A stretch of 64,000 bases of DNA. It comes from a virus (taxonomy: Duplodnaviria > Caudoviricetes). Shown here one piece after another: positions 27,505-37,275 of the stretch (position 1 is its first letter; each line of letters starts with the position of its first letter). The DNA lies in IMG/VR virus record IMGVR_UViG_3300025154_000087, positions 1,359 to 65,358 of that record, one strand, 5' to 3'. Made by a program: the position numbers and the translations under genes. A model generated the notes under the pieces. It was not told the origin of the DNA and searched no databases. It saw only the letters and a list, made by a program, of their open reading frames with translations.

Positions 27505-27797
27505 TTTGATATCTCCTTAGTTTCGGTAGCTTTCCCCAATTTATGAGCAAGTCCGATTCCTTGAATACCGGAGGAAATTGCATAGAATCCTCCACCAAAT
27601 AACCCAAGAATGGTCTCGATATCCATGTCAGGAAGTTCCGATTCCGGGTACATATAGCTGATGGTCCCGGTTATCCCCGTTAAAATGGAGACGACCCCTC
27701 CAATAATTTTTCCTGCAGCTCCCGAATAGGATTTGTAACCATCCATTTTTGCTGCAAGATATTTCAACCCAAAGGAAACCAATAATTTATCGATCAT
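27501..27797 (-). CDS. putative holin
   Basis: MDGYKSY start, two hydrophobic helices, GL-x-HK and basic tail. Confidence 0.55.
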   Translation of the reverse strand: MIDKLLVSFGLKYLAAKMDGYKSYSGAAGKIIGGVVSILTGITGTISYMYPESELPDMDIETILGLFGGGFYAISSGIQGIGLAHKLGKATETKEISK

Positions 27798-27801
27798 ACT
27801 T

Positions 27802-28032
27802 TCACCCCCTTAACCGATTAATATAGGATTGGTATCGAATAGCACTATTTGCCGGAGGGTTATCGGCTCTATTCTGTAGTTTCTTAATCCCCTCAGTTAT
27901 TCGCCATTCATCAACAGCATTTATTCCTGTATGGTCGATATGAAGTTCTCGGCAAATTGATTGTATCATTGATTCCAATTGTTGGGCATGTCCCCTTAAC
28001 AACTCCAATTCCGAGTTATTACTACACATCAA
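27802..28032 (-). CDS. hypothetical protein
   Basis: 76 aa packed ORF. Confidence 0.5.
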   Translation of the reverse strand: MMCSNNSELELLRGHAQQLESMIQSICRELHIDHTGINAVDEWRITEGIKKLQNRADNPPANSAIRYQSYINRLRG

Positions 28033-28541
28033 CTTTCCTCCGCTTTATGGTAAATCTTTTTATGTTCAAGGAATTGAATGGTGTTCAGTAGAATACTTTT
28101 TGTTTCATCAGAAAATCCATACCGTTTCTGATTTATTTCGAGGCTTTGGTGATAATCCCCGTCGTCATGCCGTAAAGAAGCGGCGTACCAATCACAAGCC
28201 ATTTCCATTAGATCGATTAGATCCATCCTTTCAAATACTGAATTCTTTACTGGAGAAGCATTCTCTGGACCCATAAGATAATATTCGGGGTGATGTTTAT
28301 TAGTCCGATAATGATGGTCGACGGCGGCTTGCATGGACATCAGATGGCCCTTATACTCCTCTGAACCAAAAGTTGACTTCCGGAGCAGTGGTGTAAACTT
28401 CTCGAACATCTCTACTTCAGGATCTTCAAGTTTCGATTGATCATGTTGTTGTTGACGGTGGATCAACTCACAAATTATTCCACCTATGAAATTCCGAACG
28501 GTCTCGATATGCCGCAACGTTTTAGTTCTCGATCCTTCCAT
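28029..28541 (-). CDS. HD-like phosphohydrolase (DUF5662-like)
   Basis: HI-x-x-V...HD-x-SK...HHY-x-x-N-x-HHPEY...EM-x-CDW. Confidence 0.75.
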   Translation of the reverse strand: MEGSRTKTLRHIETVRNFIGGIICELIHRQQQHDQSKLEDPEVEMFEKFTPLLRKSTFGSEEYKGHLMSMQAAVDHHYRTNKHHPEYYLMGPENASPVKNSVFERMDLIDLMEMACDWYAASLRHDDGDYHQSLEINQKRYGFSDETKSILLNTIQFLEHKKIYHKAEES

Positions 28542-28575
28542 AATGATCTCCTTAGATCAATCGTAAACGTTGAAG

Positions 28576-28613
28576 TAAAATTTTCCACCACCGAGAGATA
28601 GTGGAAAATTTTA
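28576..28613. terminator. hairpin, possible bidirectional terminator
   Basis: TAAAATTTTCCAC/GTGGAAAATTTTA inverted repeat. Confidence 0.5.
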
Positions 28614-28649
28614 TAGTTACAGACACAATGATGGGGCGTTTTATCTTCA

Positions 28650-29390
28650 TTAGTTATTGGTTACGGGGTTGAAACTATTAGTATAGTCGGTTTTTGGAAG
28701 ATCCGAGTTCCCCAAGATCCCCCCGATTTGATTCTCCCCGGTAATATCACCCAGAGTCGATTCCTTGAAAGCATCCTGGACAGAGATCGAACTTCCTTCA
28801 CCGGAAGCAGATAATGTATATCCGCCAGCGGCTTTCCCTAATGCACTGAACAAACTATCAGACACATCCGTAACAGCCCAGGCGCCGACAAGGAATTTTC
28901 CTAAGTCTACCCCATCATGGAACATACTTTTATACATCTCGGTATCAGCAATTTCAACATCGCTGGAGTTCGTGGATGAAGCGCAGGGGTTATATGGTTT
29001 TTTAGTTATGGCCAGGGAAACAACGTTATTTATTGTCTCTGCTTGTTTCAGTACAGCCAATACCAGGGGGTTATCCTTTGCTGCCTCCGCTGTGGCAATA
29101 TCAACCTTTGATCTTTCTTGTTGACAAACCTGGACAGATTTTTCCTTTTCAACATCAGTAATTTGGGTAGAATCTCCCGTTGTTGTCTCCGAGGTGATAG
29201 TGGCGCCATCGGGACCGAAAGTAAAGGTACGGGAACCAGGAGCGCGGACCGAGCAACCTGACGAAATCAAAACAAGACCAAGTAAACCGATTAAGAGAAC
29301 TGTGGTAATCAATCCCCCAATGATTGTATTCCGTCTCTCCTTTATTTGCCGTTCCCTCTGCTCATGTCTCCAAGTTTGATAGTATCCCAT
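28650..29390 (-). CDS. putative lipoprotein
   Basis: Basic N-region, long hydrophobic stretch, lipobox-like ISSGC. Confidence 0.6.
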   Translation of the reverse strand: MGYYQTWRHEQRERQIKERRNTIIGGLITTVLLIGLLGLVLISSGCSVRAPGSRTFTFGPDGATITSETTTGDSTQITDVEKEKSVQVCQQERSKVDIATAEAAKDNPLVLAVLKQAETINNVVSLAITKKPYNPCASSTNSSDVEIADTEMYKSMFHDGVDLGKFLVGAWAVTDVSDSLFSALGKAAGGYTLSASGEGSSISVQDAFKESTLGDITGENQIGGILGNSDLPKTDYTNSFNPVTNN

Positions 29391-29419
29391 TTTAGGACCT
29401 CCTTAATTCGGGTTGTGCC

Positions 29420-29779
29420 TTATGGCATTACCAGCCAAGTCAAATTGACATCGGGTGGGTAGATTATACAGTTAGATGGTTCGACAAACCAAATCTCTTT
29501 CTTCTCTGACAGGAAAGTACAGATATCATGAAGGCCAATAGATGCCCAACCAAAAGCCCATCCCTTTCCGGAAAAATGAGCAGTCAACAATAAAGCACGA
29601 TTATCGCAATCATTGCTTTCAGGAACATAGGGTTGAACGGCGAAATTATCCATCCAGTCTCGAACTTCACGAACAGTCGGTAGGATATAGGACTTATCAG
29701 GTAAACGAATTTTGACGAATGGACAATTGGTCTCTTGTTGATACTTAGCCGATATTTCTTCACGATAAACCCTTATCAT
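29420..29779 (-). CDS. papain/transglutaminase-like Cys protease domain protein
   Basis: Y...DCDN-x-A, H, and FVEP give a C-H-E triad pattern. Confidence 0.6.
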   Translation of the reverse strand: MIRVYREEISAKYQQETNCPFVKIRLPDKSYILPTVREVRDWMDNFAVQPYVPESNDCDNRALLLTAHFSGKGWAFGWASIGLHDICTFLSEKKEIWFVEPSNCIIYPPDVNLTWLVMP

Positions 29780-29961
29780 ATTTCACCTACCATAATAAAA
29801 AGGATTTTTTCTGGACAATCAAAAAGGATGTATTGACTGGTTCTACTTATTACTATACATGTTTTCTCTGTTTCGATTAGAACATCCTTTTGAAACTGAG
29901 TCCTAATTGGATTGTTAAAGATTACTAATATTATGGAGATTAGAAACAATTTCAGGTACAT
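29776..29961 (-). CDS. small membrane-anchored protein
   Basis: Hydrophobic N-terminus, 61 aa. Confidence 0.4.
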   Translation of the reverse strand: MYLKLFLISIILVIFNNPIRTQFQKDVLIETEKTCIVISRTSQYILFDCPEKILFIMVGEI

Positions 29962-30164
29962 ATGAATACTATGACTTGACCCCCTGTTGCTGGAGGAGCT
30001 ACTATATCGACAACCCCAACCTCAACATAGCATTGAGTTACCCGAGCAGTCTGATCATTCGGGATCGCTCCAACCTCAACATAGCATTGAGTTACCCGAG
30101 CAGTCTGATCATTCGGGATCGCTCCAACCTCAACATATTCTTGTGTAACTCTCGCTACTGTCAT
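29952..30164 (-). CDS. small tail-associated repeat protein
   Basis: Three ARVTQ-x-YVEVG units. Confidence 0.65.
   Translation of the reverse strand: MTVARVTQEYVEVGAIPNDQTARVTQCYVEVGAIPNDQTARVTQCYVEVGVVDIVAPPATGGQVIVFICT
30016..30137. repeat. exact 54 bp tandem repeat, about 2.3 copies
   Basis: Units start at 30016, 30070 and 30124. Confidence 0.95.
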
Positions 30165-31141
30165 GACTCCACCTTATAACCCCATAGCATAGCATTAAAA
30201 ATCGTTGGGGTCCATGCAGAAGTATCCGGTGCCGTACTCAAAACCGCTGCTTGAGCTGAATCGTAGGACTCGGGGTAAACTGTAGACAATATATGAGTAG
30301 CTTGATCATACTCAGTTGAATCCTGTTTAGCAATACAGGTCAACTCCCTTGCTCCAGCATCATCTTTTTTCGCCACTGTAACCAGAGTTACGCATTTTAC
30401 ATCCAACCCACTGGTAGCAATATCGGCAAAACCAAAAAGATCCTTATGGCCTACTGTACTGGATTCATTATAGGTTGAATCCCCATCCTGAGCTGTATCA
30501 TCTACATTCTGGTAGTTACTCCCAGCACTTGGAGTAAATTGAACCGAGTTATCTGAAGTTGGAGAACATAAAATTGAATACATCTCTCCAACGAAATCAT
30601 CAGCTATAAACAGATTATCGTATTTGACCGTATTATTTCCACTACCATATAGTATGCTAGTTATATTATCGGAACTAATTGCCAATCCGGTTAAAGTACC
30701 AACTGTCACTCCATCCACTTTTATTTGGACTGATCCTGCTGAAGCATGATTTACTATCTTAACTTCTACATGGTGTAATCCATCGTCAATAACTTGACCG
30801 GAGCCAATAGTACCCAATAAGGCAGCATCTTTATAGACAGTTATCCCATCTGCTGGGGTATTAAAGATACGAATGTAAGAGACATCAATGGTAAATCGTA
30901 CCAAATGAAGATTTGCATTTGTACTATAAGTACTAGGGTAAAAATTCCTAATGTGAAACCCAGTACATTTTGTAAGGGCTCCCGTACAGTTTTTAGAAAA
31001 ACTACTGGAACAGGATAAAGATTTACCATTATTAAAACCCCCAGTAGCAGAATAACTAGCATCCCCACTGGTTACAAAAGTCTTTACATCAGCAGTGACC
31101 CCACAACCTTCGAAACCCGTAAAAAATTCAACTGTTGCCAT
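30161..31141 (-). CDS. tail/receptor-binding protein, lectin-like beta sandwich
   Basis: F-x-x-GFE start, HHVEVKI...G-x-V-x-IKVDG, YDNLFIAD; follows tail genes. Confidence 0.6.
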   Translation of the reverse strand: MATVEFFTGFEGCGVTADVKTFVTSGDASYSATGGFNNGKSLSCSSSFSKNCTGALTKCTGFHIRNFYPSTYSTNANLHLVRFTIDVSYIRIFNTPADGITVYKDAALLGTIGSGQVIDDGLHHVEVKIVNHASAGSVQIKVDGVTVGTLTGLAISSDNITSILYGSGNNTVKYDNLFIADDFVGEMYSILCSPTSDNSVQFTPSAGSNYQNVDDTAQDGDSTYNESSTVGHKDLFGFADIATSGLDVKCVTLVTVAKKDDAGARELTCIAKQDSTEYDQATHILSTVYPESYDSAQAAVLSTAPDTSAWTPTIFNAMLWGYKVES

Positions 31142-31145
31142 ATCA

Positions 31146-31931
31146 TCACCTTGTCCCTAAAAATCCAATTCCAATTCCAGCAAGAGTAACGTCTTTTGTT
31201 GCCTGGTTCTCCACAATCAAAAATTGCCCTGCTGTAAAAGATTTTGCGGTCCCCCCAGAGGTGGCAAAAGTTCCGGTCGTACTCCCGAGGGCGAAGGTAA
31301 TAGTCCCAATTTCAGTAACCCCATTTTTGACAGTTAAAATCGTTTCAGCCGTTGCTGCATCAATTGAACCGGCATAACTCCCAGAAAAGTTAGCTGCAAA
31401 ATCGGTCGCAAGAACCAGGGGGACTCTCATTATAACCGCAGCATCATCGGGGATACCCGGATAGAATAATCCTGGAAGCATGTACTGGGTAACTGTATCC
31501 AGCGTTAATTCGGGGAGATGGGCTGGAAAGAAAGCATCCTGAACGGTATTATGTACTCCTAGAACTAAGATGGTATTGGCTTTAAAGTTTGATGCTGCTC
31601 CTGTGCTGATTGCCGCTTGCGAAACTGTCAAGACAGAATTATTCGTTTCATTCAAGGTTACATAAATGAATTGACCTGCTGTGATAACAATGTTCCCGGC
31701 CGCAATGGTATTTAAGATGCTGTAACCATCTTCCCGAACGAAGAAGATTCTAATAACATCGGACCACGTTAGAGTATTGGTACTGGAATCAAAAGTAAGT
31801 GTACCGTCACAAGAGACAATTGGGCTCCGGGCATAAGTTATTGCAAGATCCAAATCATCTAACCGACCTTCCATTTCGGTCGGATTAAATTTTGATCCTG
31901 TAACCCAGGCGGAATGATAATTACTACCCAT
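31146..31931 (-). CDS. tail structural protein
   Basis: Beta-rich, Thr/Gly-rich; position in tail module. Confidence 0.6.
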   Translation of the reverse strand: MGSNYHSAWVTGSKFNPTEMEGRLDDLDLAITYARSPIVSCDGTLTFDSSTNTLTWSDVIRIFFVREDGYSILNTIAAGNIVITAGQFIYVTLNETNNSVLTVSQAAISTGAASNFKANTILVLGVHNTVQDAFFPAHLPELTLDTVTQYMLPGLFYPGIPDDAAVIMRVPLVLATDFAANFSGSYAGSIDAATAETILTVKNGVTEIGTITFALGSTTGTFATSGGTAKSFTAGQFLIVENQATKDVTLAGIGIGFLGTR

Positions 31932-32122
31932 TATTTACCCCCAGTAGGAATAAATCCTTTGAGCAAATTGGTTGCCAGGTTGGTCAACTCATTTACTTGT
32001 TGGTTCTGAGGACCGGAGGATCTCATCTTATCAAAGTAATTATTCAACTTTTCAAAGTTACTATTTAATGCCCGTAACTCATCCCGCATTTCCTTCAATA
32101 CTGCAACCATTTCCTCGTTCAT
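31931..32122 (-). CDS. small coiled-coil protein
   Basis: 63 aa with coupled start and stop. Confidence 0.55.
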   Translation of the reverse strand: MNEEMVAVLKEMRDELRALNSNFEKLNNYFDKMRSSGPQNQQVNELTNLATNLLKGFIPTGGK

Positions 32123-33219
32123 ATTATAGGATCTCCCGCCTCATCATAGAGGACAATATAGCTTATCATGCTGATTAGCGAATTACTGGAAAGAACAAAG
32201 TTCAAGAATACGGGACCTTCTTCAATATTTGCACTGGATTCGGCATATCCCTCCTCTCTTGTATAAGTTAAGGACGCTGTACCATCTAATGGGTTGACAC
32301 TAACCAATCCTGTAGAAAGAGACCCACTCCCACTTGTGATTGAGCAAGAAATATACAAAGCTGAACCAATAATTGGGTTTCCGTATTGATCCCTTACAGT
32401 CAGATTGATTGCCGTAGTTTCCTCAGCCCAGTATAGATTACCATCGATTGAAGTAACTTCAATTAGAGCAACGTACGGATCGAGGAATTCACGGCCGATC
32501 AGCGTTTGTACGATTTCTGTTGTTCCTGGAGGTACCAAGACCGTATCCAGTTCGATATGGCCTGAAGGGGTTGCTGGTGCTTCTGGAGCACTGATCGCAT
32601 TATCCCCAGTAAGTACATCGATTACTTTATCCGCTCCAATAACTAACTTATCCATTCTCCATAAAGTGGAGTGTGCCGCATTAATATCAAAAACTCCGGC
32701 TGTTTCTCCCATGGGAACACCGCTGGACATATCAGCAACAGAACCAGCGTCCATTTCCATATAGTTCATGGTATAGAAAACACCATCGATTCGATAGGTT
32801 CCTCTCTTAACCCAAACTTGCATACCTGGGGTCTCCAATGCATAGACGAGACCTTCAGTCAAAATGGTATCAACCCCCGGAGGTATATCAGGTAAAGCAG
32901 GATTACTAATCCCTGTAACGCTATTGATTGTTGGAGTTGGAACAAATAGACCATCCCCTACAATTTCATATGAATTCCTATTTCCTCCTCGATGCTGGAT
33001 CCTAACGGCCGTTCGAGGTTTCATCCACATGGGCTTCTGTTGCCAGTTCTCCGGATACTTACATTCAATTAGATTATTGGACCCAAGAACTTTTACCCGG
33101 GCAATCTTTTGTTCTGGGATAATATCCCAGAGAATCCCGTCTCGAGTTTCCTTTTTTTCGGCGGCGGCTCTTCGTGCCTGGACTCGAATAATTTTCTTTT
33201 TAAGAGAATGAATTGTCAT
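32119..33219 (-). CDS. tail tip/spike-associated protein
   Basis: OB-fold-like N-terminus and Ig-like C-terminus; follows the hub gene. Confidence 0.55.
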   Translation of the reverse strand: MTIHSLKKKIIRVQARRAAAEKKETRDGILWDIIPEQKIARVKVLGSNNLIECKYPENWQQKPMWMKPRTAVRIQHRGGNRNSYEIVGDGLFVPTPTINSVTGISNPALPDIPPGVDTILTEGLVYALETPGMQVWVKRGTYRIDGVFYTMNYMEMDAGSVADMSSGVPMGETAGVFDINAAHSTLWRMDKLVIGADKVIDVLTGDNAISAPEAPATPSGHIELDTVLVPPGTTEIVQTLIGREFLDPYVALIEVTSIDGNLYWAEETTAINLTVRDQYGNPIIGSALYISCSITSGSGSLSTGLVSVNPLDGTASLTYTREEGYAESSANIEEGPVFLNFVLSSNSLISMISYIVLYDEAGDPII

Positions 33220-36200
33220 CCTACCACCCAACCTTCAATTTCATCCTTAAAGTAACCATTATCTATTCCGGATGACGCTTTATATCTTCGAGTCAAATCA
33301 GCAATAAAGATTCTTTTCGTTAATCCTGTATGGGGATGAGTAACAGTAATTACATCCCCAACCTCATCTTGTAAATGAGCAATTTTTTCTAGGATAACTC
33401 TGGATCTTTGAGCCCTTGCAACTTCTAATTCAAAGTCAGCTACATCCTGACAATGCCCCGTAGTATAACAAACAAAACCCTCAATTTTTTGCTCAGTTAT
33501 CTGATGAGATTCCTGTTGTAACTCAACATCGTTTGCAGAAGCAATATACTCCCGTTTCAAGTACCCAACAGGCTGAGCATGGACAGCATATTGGAAATTA
33601 CCAATTGACCCCAAGACCATCGTTGCTGCATACAATCCGATACTTTCAATGATTCGACCGAATGGTTTAGTCATAGGGATGCCCCACCAATCACCAATAA
33701 AAACACCGATCATATAGATAATTATTGCAGCAGCCAGAACTGGGATTAAATTAGCACATTTTACTTCGATAACACAAGATTTTGCATCAGGATCCTCATC
33801 GATCAATCTTTCCGTTATACCTCCAGTCAATTTAAACAGGATAGATGTCGATGTTTCAATAATTTCTAAACGGGGGTATTGACATCTTCTCGATTTATCC
33901 TCTGAATAGTAAATAGTAAAATCTTTCTTGAATCCATACCAACCGACAGTTCCATTTAAACTCCCAACCCTTTCCTCTTCGTAAAGCGTTTGAAAATCAT
34001 ATTGAGATTGTCCCGTAACTGTATAGCGGTTTGTTAAATCAGAGTAGGAGTCATCAAGTTCGAACCTAATTGTCTGCGCAGGGTAATGATTATTGACAGA
34101 AGATGCATCAAAATTAAATGGCCGAAAAACAACTTGACCTTGCATATCAATGATACAAAAATGCTGGAATCGATGGCTAATATCATCGATAATATCCTGC
34201 AAATAAGCATTAATCCATTGAGCATCGAACTCAAAGCTCAAGGGCATCCCTGGAACGGTTATATCCTCTGCGGCAAGTTCAGTTTCTTCCGTCAAAATAT
34301 CAACCAACCCTTCCTCGGGACTTCTTAAAGTCAAATTTGCAGAAGCAACTTGATTTATTGCCCAGAGAGAACGAATATCTTCTGCTGTAATCTCCATTAT
34401 TGGATAAACGTCTCTTTCATAAGAAACCCGTTGACCTGTGATTGTAAACAATCCCTGATAAGCCCAATAATTGACATCATCCACGGTTTCTCCATATTGA
34501 AGTTGAATCTGTTTCCCCTTTTCAACGAATGGGCGGAGAAGAGAGTTATCATTATGGGGATCAAAAAGATGTCCATGAGAAACAGTAAATTTTAATTTAT
34601 TGGGATCACCCTCAGCATTAAAATGTGTGGTTATCTCCCCAACAATATAATCATCAAGTGTTATAAACGCCTCCTGACGATCCCAATAAATTGTATCATA
34701 GGAGCCAGAGACGTTCGTCCATGTGAAATATAATAAGCCATCAGATCGCTTAATTACACAAGGGTTTTGGTTAAAGTTTCCAATGGCCAGGAGTTCAGCA
34801 GCTTCAAATCCCCATTCCGATACTCCAAAAGTGCCAATCATGTATTTTACTTTCTGAATTGATCCACTACGGGGGACATAATAAAGAGCATTATTATCGC
34901 CATAGAAAAAAACATCTAAAGTCGGACTATAAGCAACAGCCCTAATACTGGAGTCCGGAGGCATTTCGTCCAGAATCTCATTATCAACCCTGGTCCATGT
35001 TTTTGCTACATAATTAAAAATATTCACTCCATGAGTTGTTCGAATCATTATTTCATAAGTTGCTTCATTGACAACCATATCCCACATGGTATTACCCGGA
35101 GCTGTTTCCCAAGGAGGATAGTGATATTCGGTATGACCGTCCGCAGTGTCTAATTCACAAAGACCCCACTTGTTAGCTTCATCAAATAAAGTGGAATCAT
35201 ATGAAGTAACTCCATAGACAATCCCATCAATATAAACTGCTTCAGAAAATCCAAGATAAGGAAAATTGATATATGATGGGCGATTATAGGAAATAACTCC
35301 TCCTGTGGATAAACTCATCGTACAGAATTGAACAGATAGAAGAGGATGAACGCCGGACCAACTGCTTGATATAATAGCGACATCATCGTCAGGGTAAAAT
35401 TTAACTCTGGGATAAATGATTTTTATTGAATCTTCCTCTTCCCCCTGCCCACCATAAGCACCAACAATCGTAAAAAGGAAAGGAGCAACAGCATCCGTTA
35501 AATCTAAATAACCAATCAATACTTGATGAGAAGAATAGATATGGGTATTATGAAAAGCAATATATAACTTATCATCAATTATTGCTGTATTACGAACGGC
35601 CCATCCTCCCCATCCATTATGAAACTCTGTACCATAAATATCATGGGTCACATTCTGCGCAGCGGAAGAACCGAATTCAACGGAATAATCTTCAAAATAA
35701 TAACCCGTAATAGTATCTGTAGAAAATTTAGCAACGCAAGCAATTAATCGGCCATCCACAAAAGAACAGGCATAATCAACGGCATTTAAACAAGCATCAG
35801 GAGGGACAAGCAAAGCTCCAGAAAAAAAGATTGGAGGTACAGGTGGAGTAGTTACATCATTAAACATTTTATCGATCGTCCAGGTAGCCAGATCAATCTG
35901 AACGAAAGCACTTAAAATATTCAATGACCCTGTAGCCGTTATATAGAGTTTTCCCCCAGCATCATCGACAAATATATTACTTGGAGTAAACAATCTATTA
36001 CCATCCCAACCAAAAACAGTATTATCCATTTGAAGGTAGATATTATCTTCCTCGGCAACAAGGAAGATACTTCCATCATTTCTTTGAATCAAATCGGGAA
36101 ACACATAATCTTTATAAATGTCTTGGTTTGCTGTTATAGGAAGCATATCCGCCCAAATAGATAAGTCAGCCGAAGTTGAATATCCAAGGTTGTAAATTAT

Positions 36201-36905
36201 AGAATCATCATCTACCAAGGAAGCATAGGAGAAAACCAAAATATAAGTAGTATCAGCAAGCCGATAAAGTTTTGGATGCTTTATCGGGACCGAATCATCG
36301 AAATATAGAGAACCATTTACAATTGACAGGACCGTAGGAGCGGACCATGTAATAAAATCGGAGGATGTAATCAGATTAAAAGAATAAACAGCCCCAACTA
36401 ATTTAAGATATATGGCTGCGTACCCTGTATCTGTTTTTGCAACTGTCACCCCTAATAATCCCGTAACTGCTATTTGAGTTGATCCTAATTTTACTCCCGC
36501 GGGAGAAACCCTATACATCATTAAGGCATCAGTCCCGTATTGAGTAGCAAGAAGTATATTACTTGTGATACTCTGGACAACCCCATCAATATACTCATAA
36601 GAATAAGTACCATTGGAATCAACTACAACATAATTTCCAAAAGTAGTTACTCCTGTATCTGTCACAAGATAACGAAGGTCATCCCCTCCCGTTTGATCAT
36701 CAACACTTACATAAAATGCTGCAAGCCGACCATCATTTAAAAAGGTTGCAAAAGAATATGCTTGAGTATCCAATTCTGTATTTGCGAAAGGTTTCCCAAC
36801 CAGGGGGAAATCCACTCCCAATCGGCCGGAACTCATCGTCATTATGGGTCGTCGACTAACAGCAGTCTGAGCAGAAAGTAATGGGGCAGAAAGCGACAAG
36901 GCCAT
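33216..36905 (-). CDS. large tail tip/baseplate hub protein with beta-propeller-like region
   Basis: About 1230 aa after the distal tail gene; C-terminal G-x-F-x-I...D-x-R, EVGDVITV hub-like motifs. Confidence 0.7.
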   Translation of the reverse strand: MALSLSAPLLSAQTAVSRRPIMTMSSGRLGVDFPLVGKPFANTELDTQAYSFATFLNDGRLAAFYVSVDDQTGGDDLRYLVTDTGVTTFGNYVVVDSNGTYSYEYIDGVVQSITSNILLATQYGTDALMMYRVSPAGVKLGSTQIAVTGLLGVTVAKTDTGYAAIYLKLVGAVYSFNLITSSDFITWSAPTVLSIVNGSLYFDDSVPIKHPKLYRLADTTYILVFSYASLVDDDSIIYNLGYSTSADLSIWADMLPITANQDIYKDYVFPDLIQRNDGSIFLVAEEDNIYLQMDNTVFGWDGNRLFTPSNIFVDDAGGKLYITATGSLNILSAFVQIDLATWTIDKMFNDVTTPPVPPIFFSGALLVPPDACLNAVDYACSFVDGRLIACVAKFSTDTITGYYFEDYSVEFGSSAAQNVTHDIYGTEFHNGWGGWAVRNTAIIDDKLYIAFHNTHIYSSHQVLIGYLDLTDAVAPFLFTIVGAYGGQGEEEDSIKIIYPRVKFYPDDDVAIISSSWSGVHPLLSVQFCTMSLSTGGVISYNRPSYINFPYLGFSEAVYIDGIVYGVTSYDSTLFDEANKWGLCELDTADGHTEYHYPPWETAPGNTMWDMVVNEATYEIMIRTTHGVNIFNYVAKTWTRVDNEILDEMPPDSSIRAVAYSPTLDVFFYGDNNALYYVPRSGSIQKVKYMIGTFGVSEWGFEAAELLAIGNFNQNPCVIKRSDGLLYFTWTNVSGSYDTIYWDRQEAFITLDDYIVGEITTHFNAEGDPNKLKFTVSHGHLFDPHNDNSLLRPFVEKGKQIQLQYGETVDDVNYWAYQGLFTITGQRVSYERDVYPIMEITAEDIRSLWAINQVASANLTLRSPEEGLVDILTEETELAAEDITVPGMPLSFEFDAQWINAYLQDIIDDISHRFQHFCIIDMQGQVVFRPFNFDASSVNNHYPAQTIRFELDDSYSDLTNRYTVTGQSQYDFQTLYEEERVGSLNGTVGWYGFKKDFTIYYSEDKSRRCQYPRLEIIETSTSILFKLTGGITERLIDEDPDAKSCVIEVKCANLIPVLAAAIIIYMIGVFIGDWWGIPMTKPFGRIIESIGLYAATMVLGSIGNFQYAVHAQPVGYLKREYIASANDVELQQESHQITEQKIEGFVCYTTGHCQDVADFELEVARAQRSRVILEKIAHLQDEVGDVITVTHPHTGLTKRIFIADLTRRYKASSGIDNGYFKDEIEGWVVG

Positions 36906-36906
36906 T

Positions 36907-37275
36907 TTAGGCTCCTTCACTTAAAAATAAAAGATCCATTTCGACATCGACCCTATGTTCTCCATTTGTTGTTAGAACCATTTTACCGGATAACCTCCGG
37001 ACTTCAACAGTGAAGGATTGACTACTTCCATCTTGGGGGTCGAAAGAGATAGGAACATCATTTACCAACTGAGCTTCATGTACTTCGTACTGATCAGTGG
37101 TCATACCCAACCATCGAAGTGTTATTTCCTTTCCAATCATAGAACTACCCCAGGAAAAGAAAGCGATAGAGGTATAAGTCTTAACAACAGCAGTATGCCG
37201 TACTGGAGTCATTAAATCAGAAACTTCGGAAGGATTATCGGTGAATGTATATCCACCCAAGGTCATTTTAGCCAT
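36907..37275 (-). CDS. distal tail protein-like
   Basis: Immediately downstream of tape measure; LG-x-Y-x-F-x-x-NP start. Confidence 0.6.
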   Translation of the reverse strand: MAKMTLGGYTFTDNPSEVSDLMTPVRHTAVVKTYTSIAFFSWGSSMIGKEITLRWLGMTTDQYEVHEAQLVNDVPISFDPQDGSSQSFTVEVRRLSGKMVLTTNGEHRVDVEMDLLFLSEGA

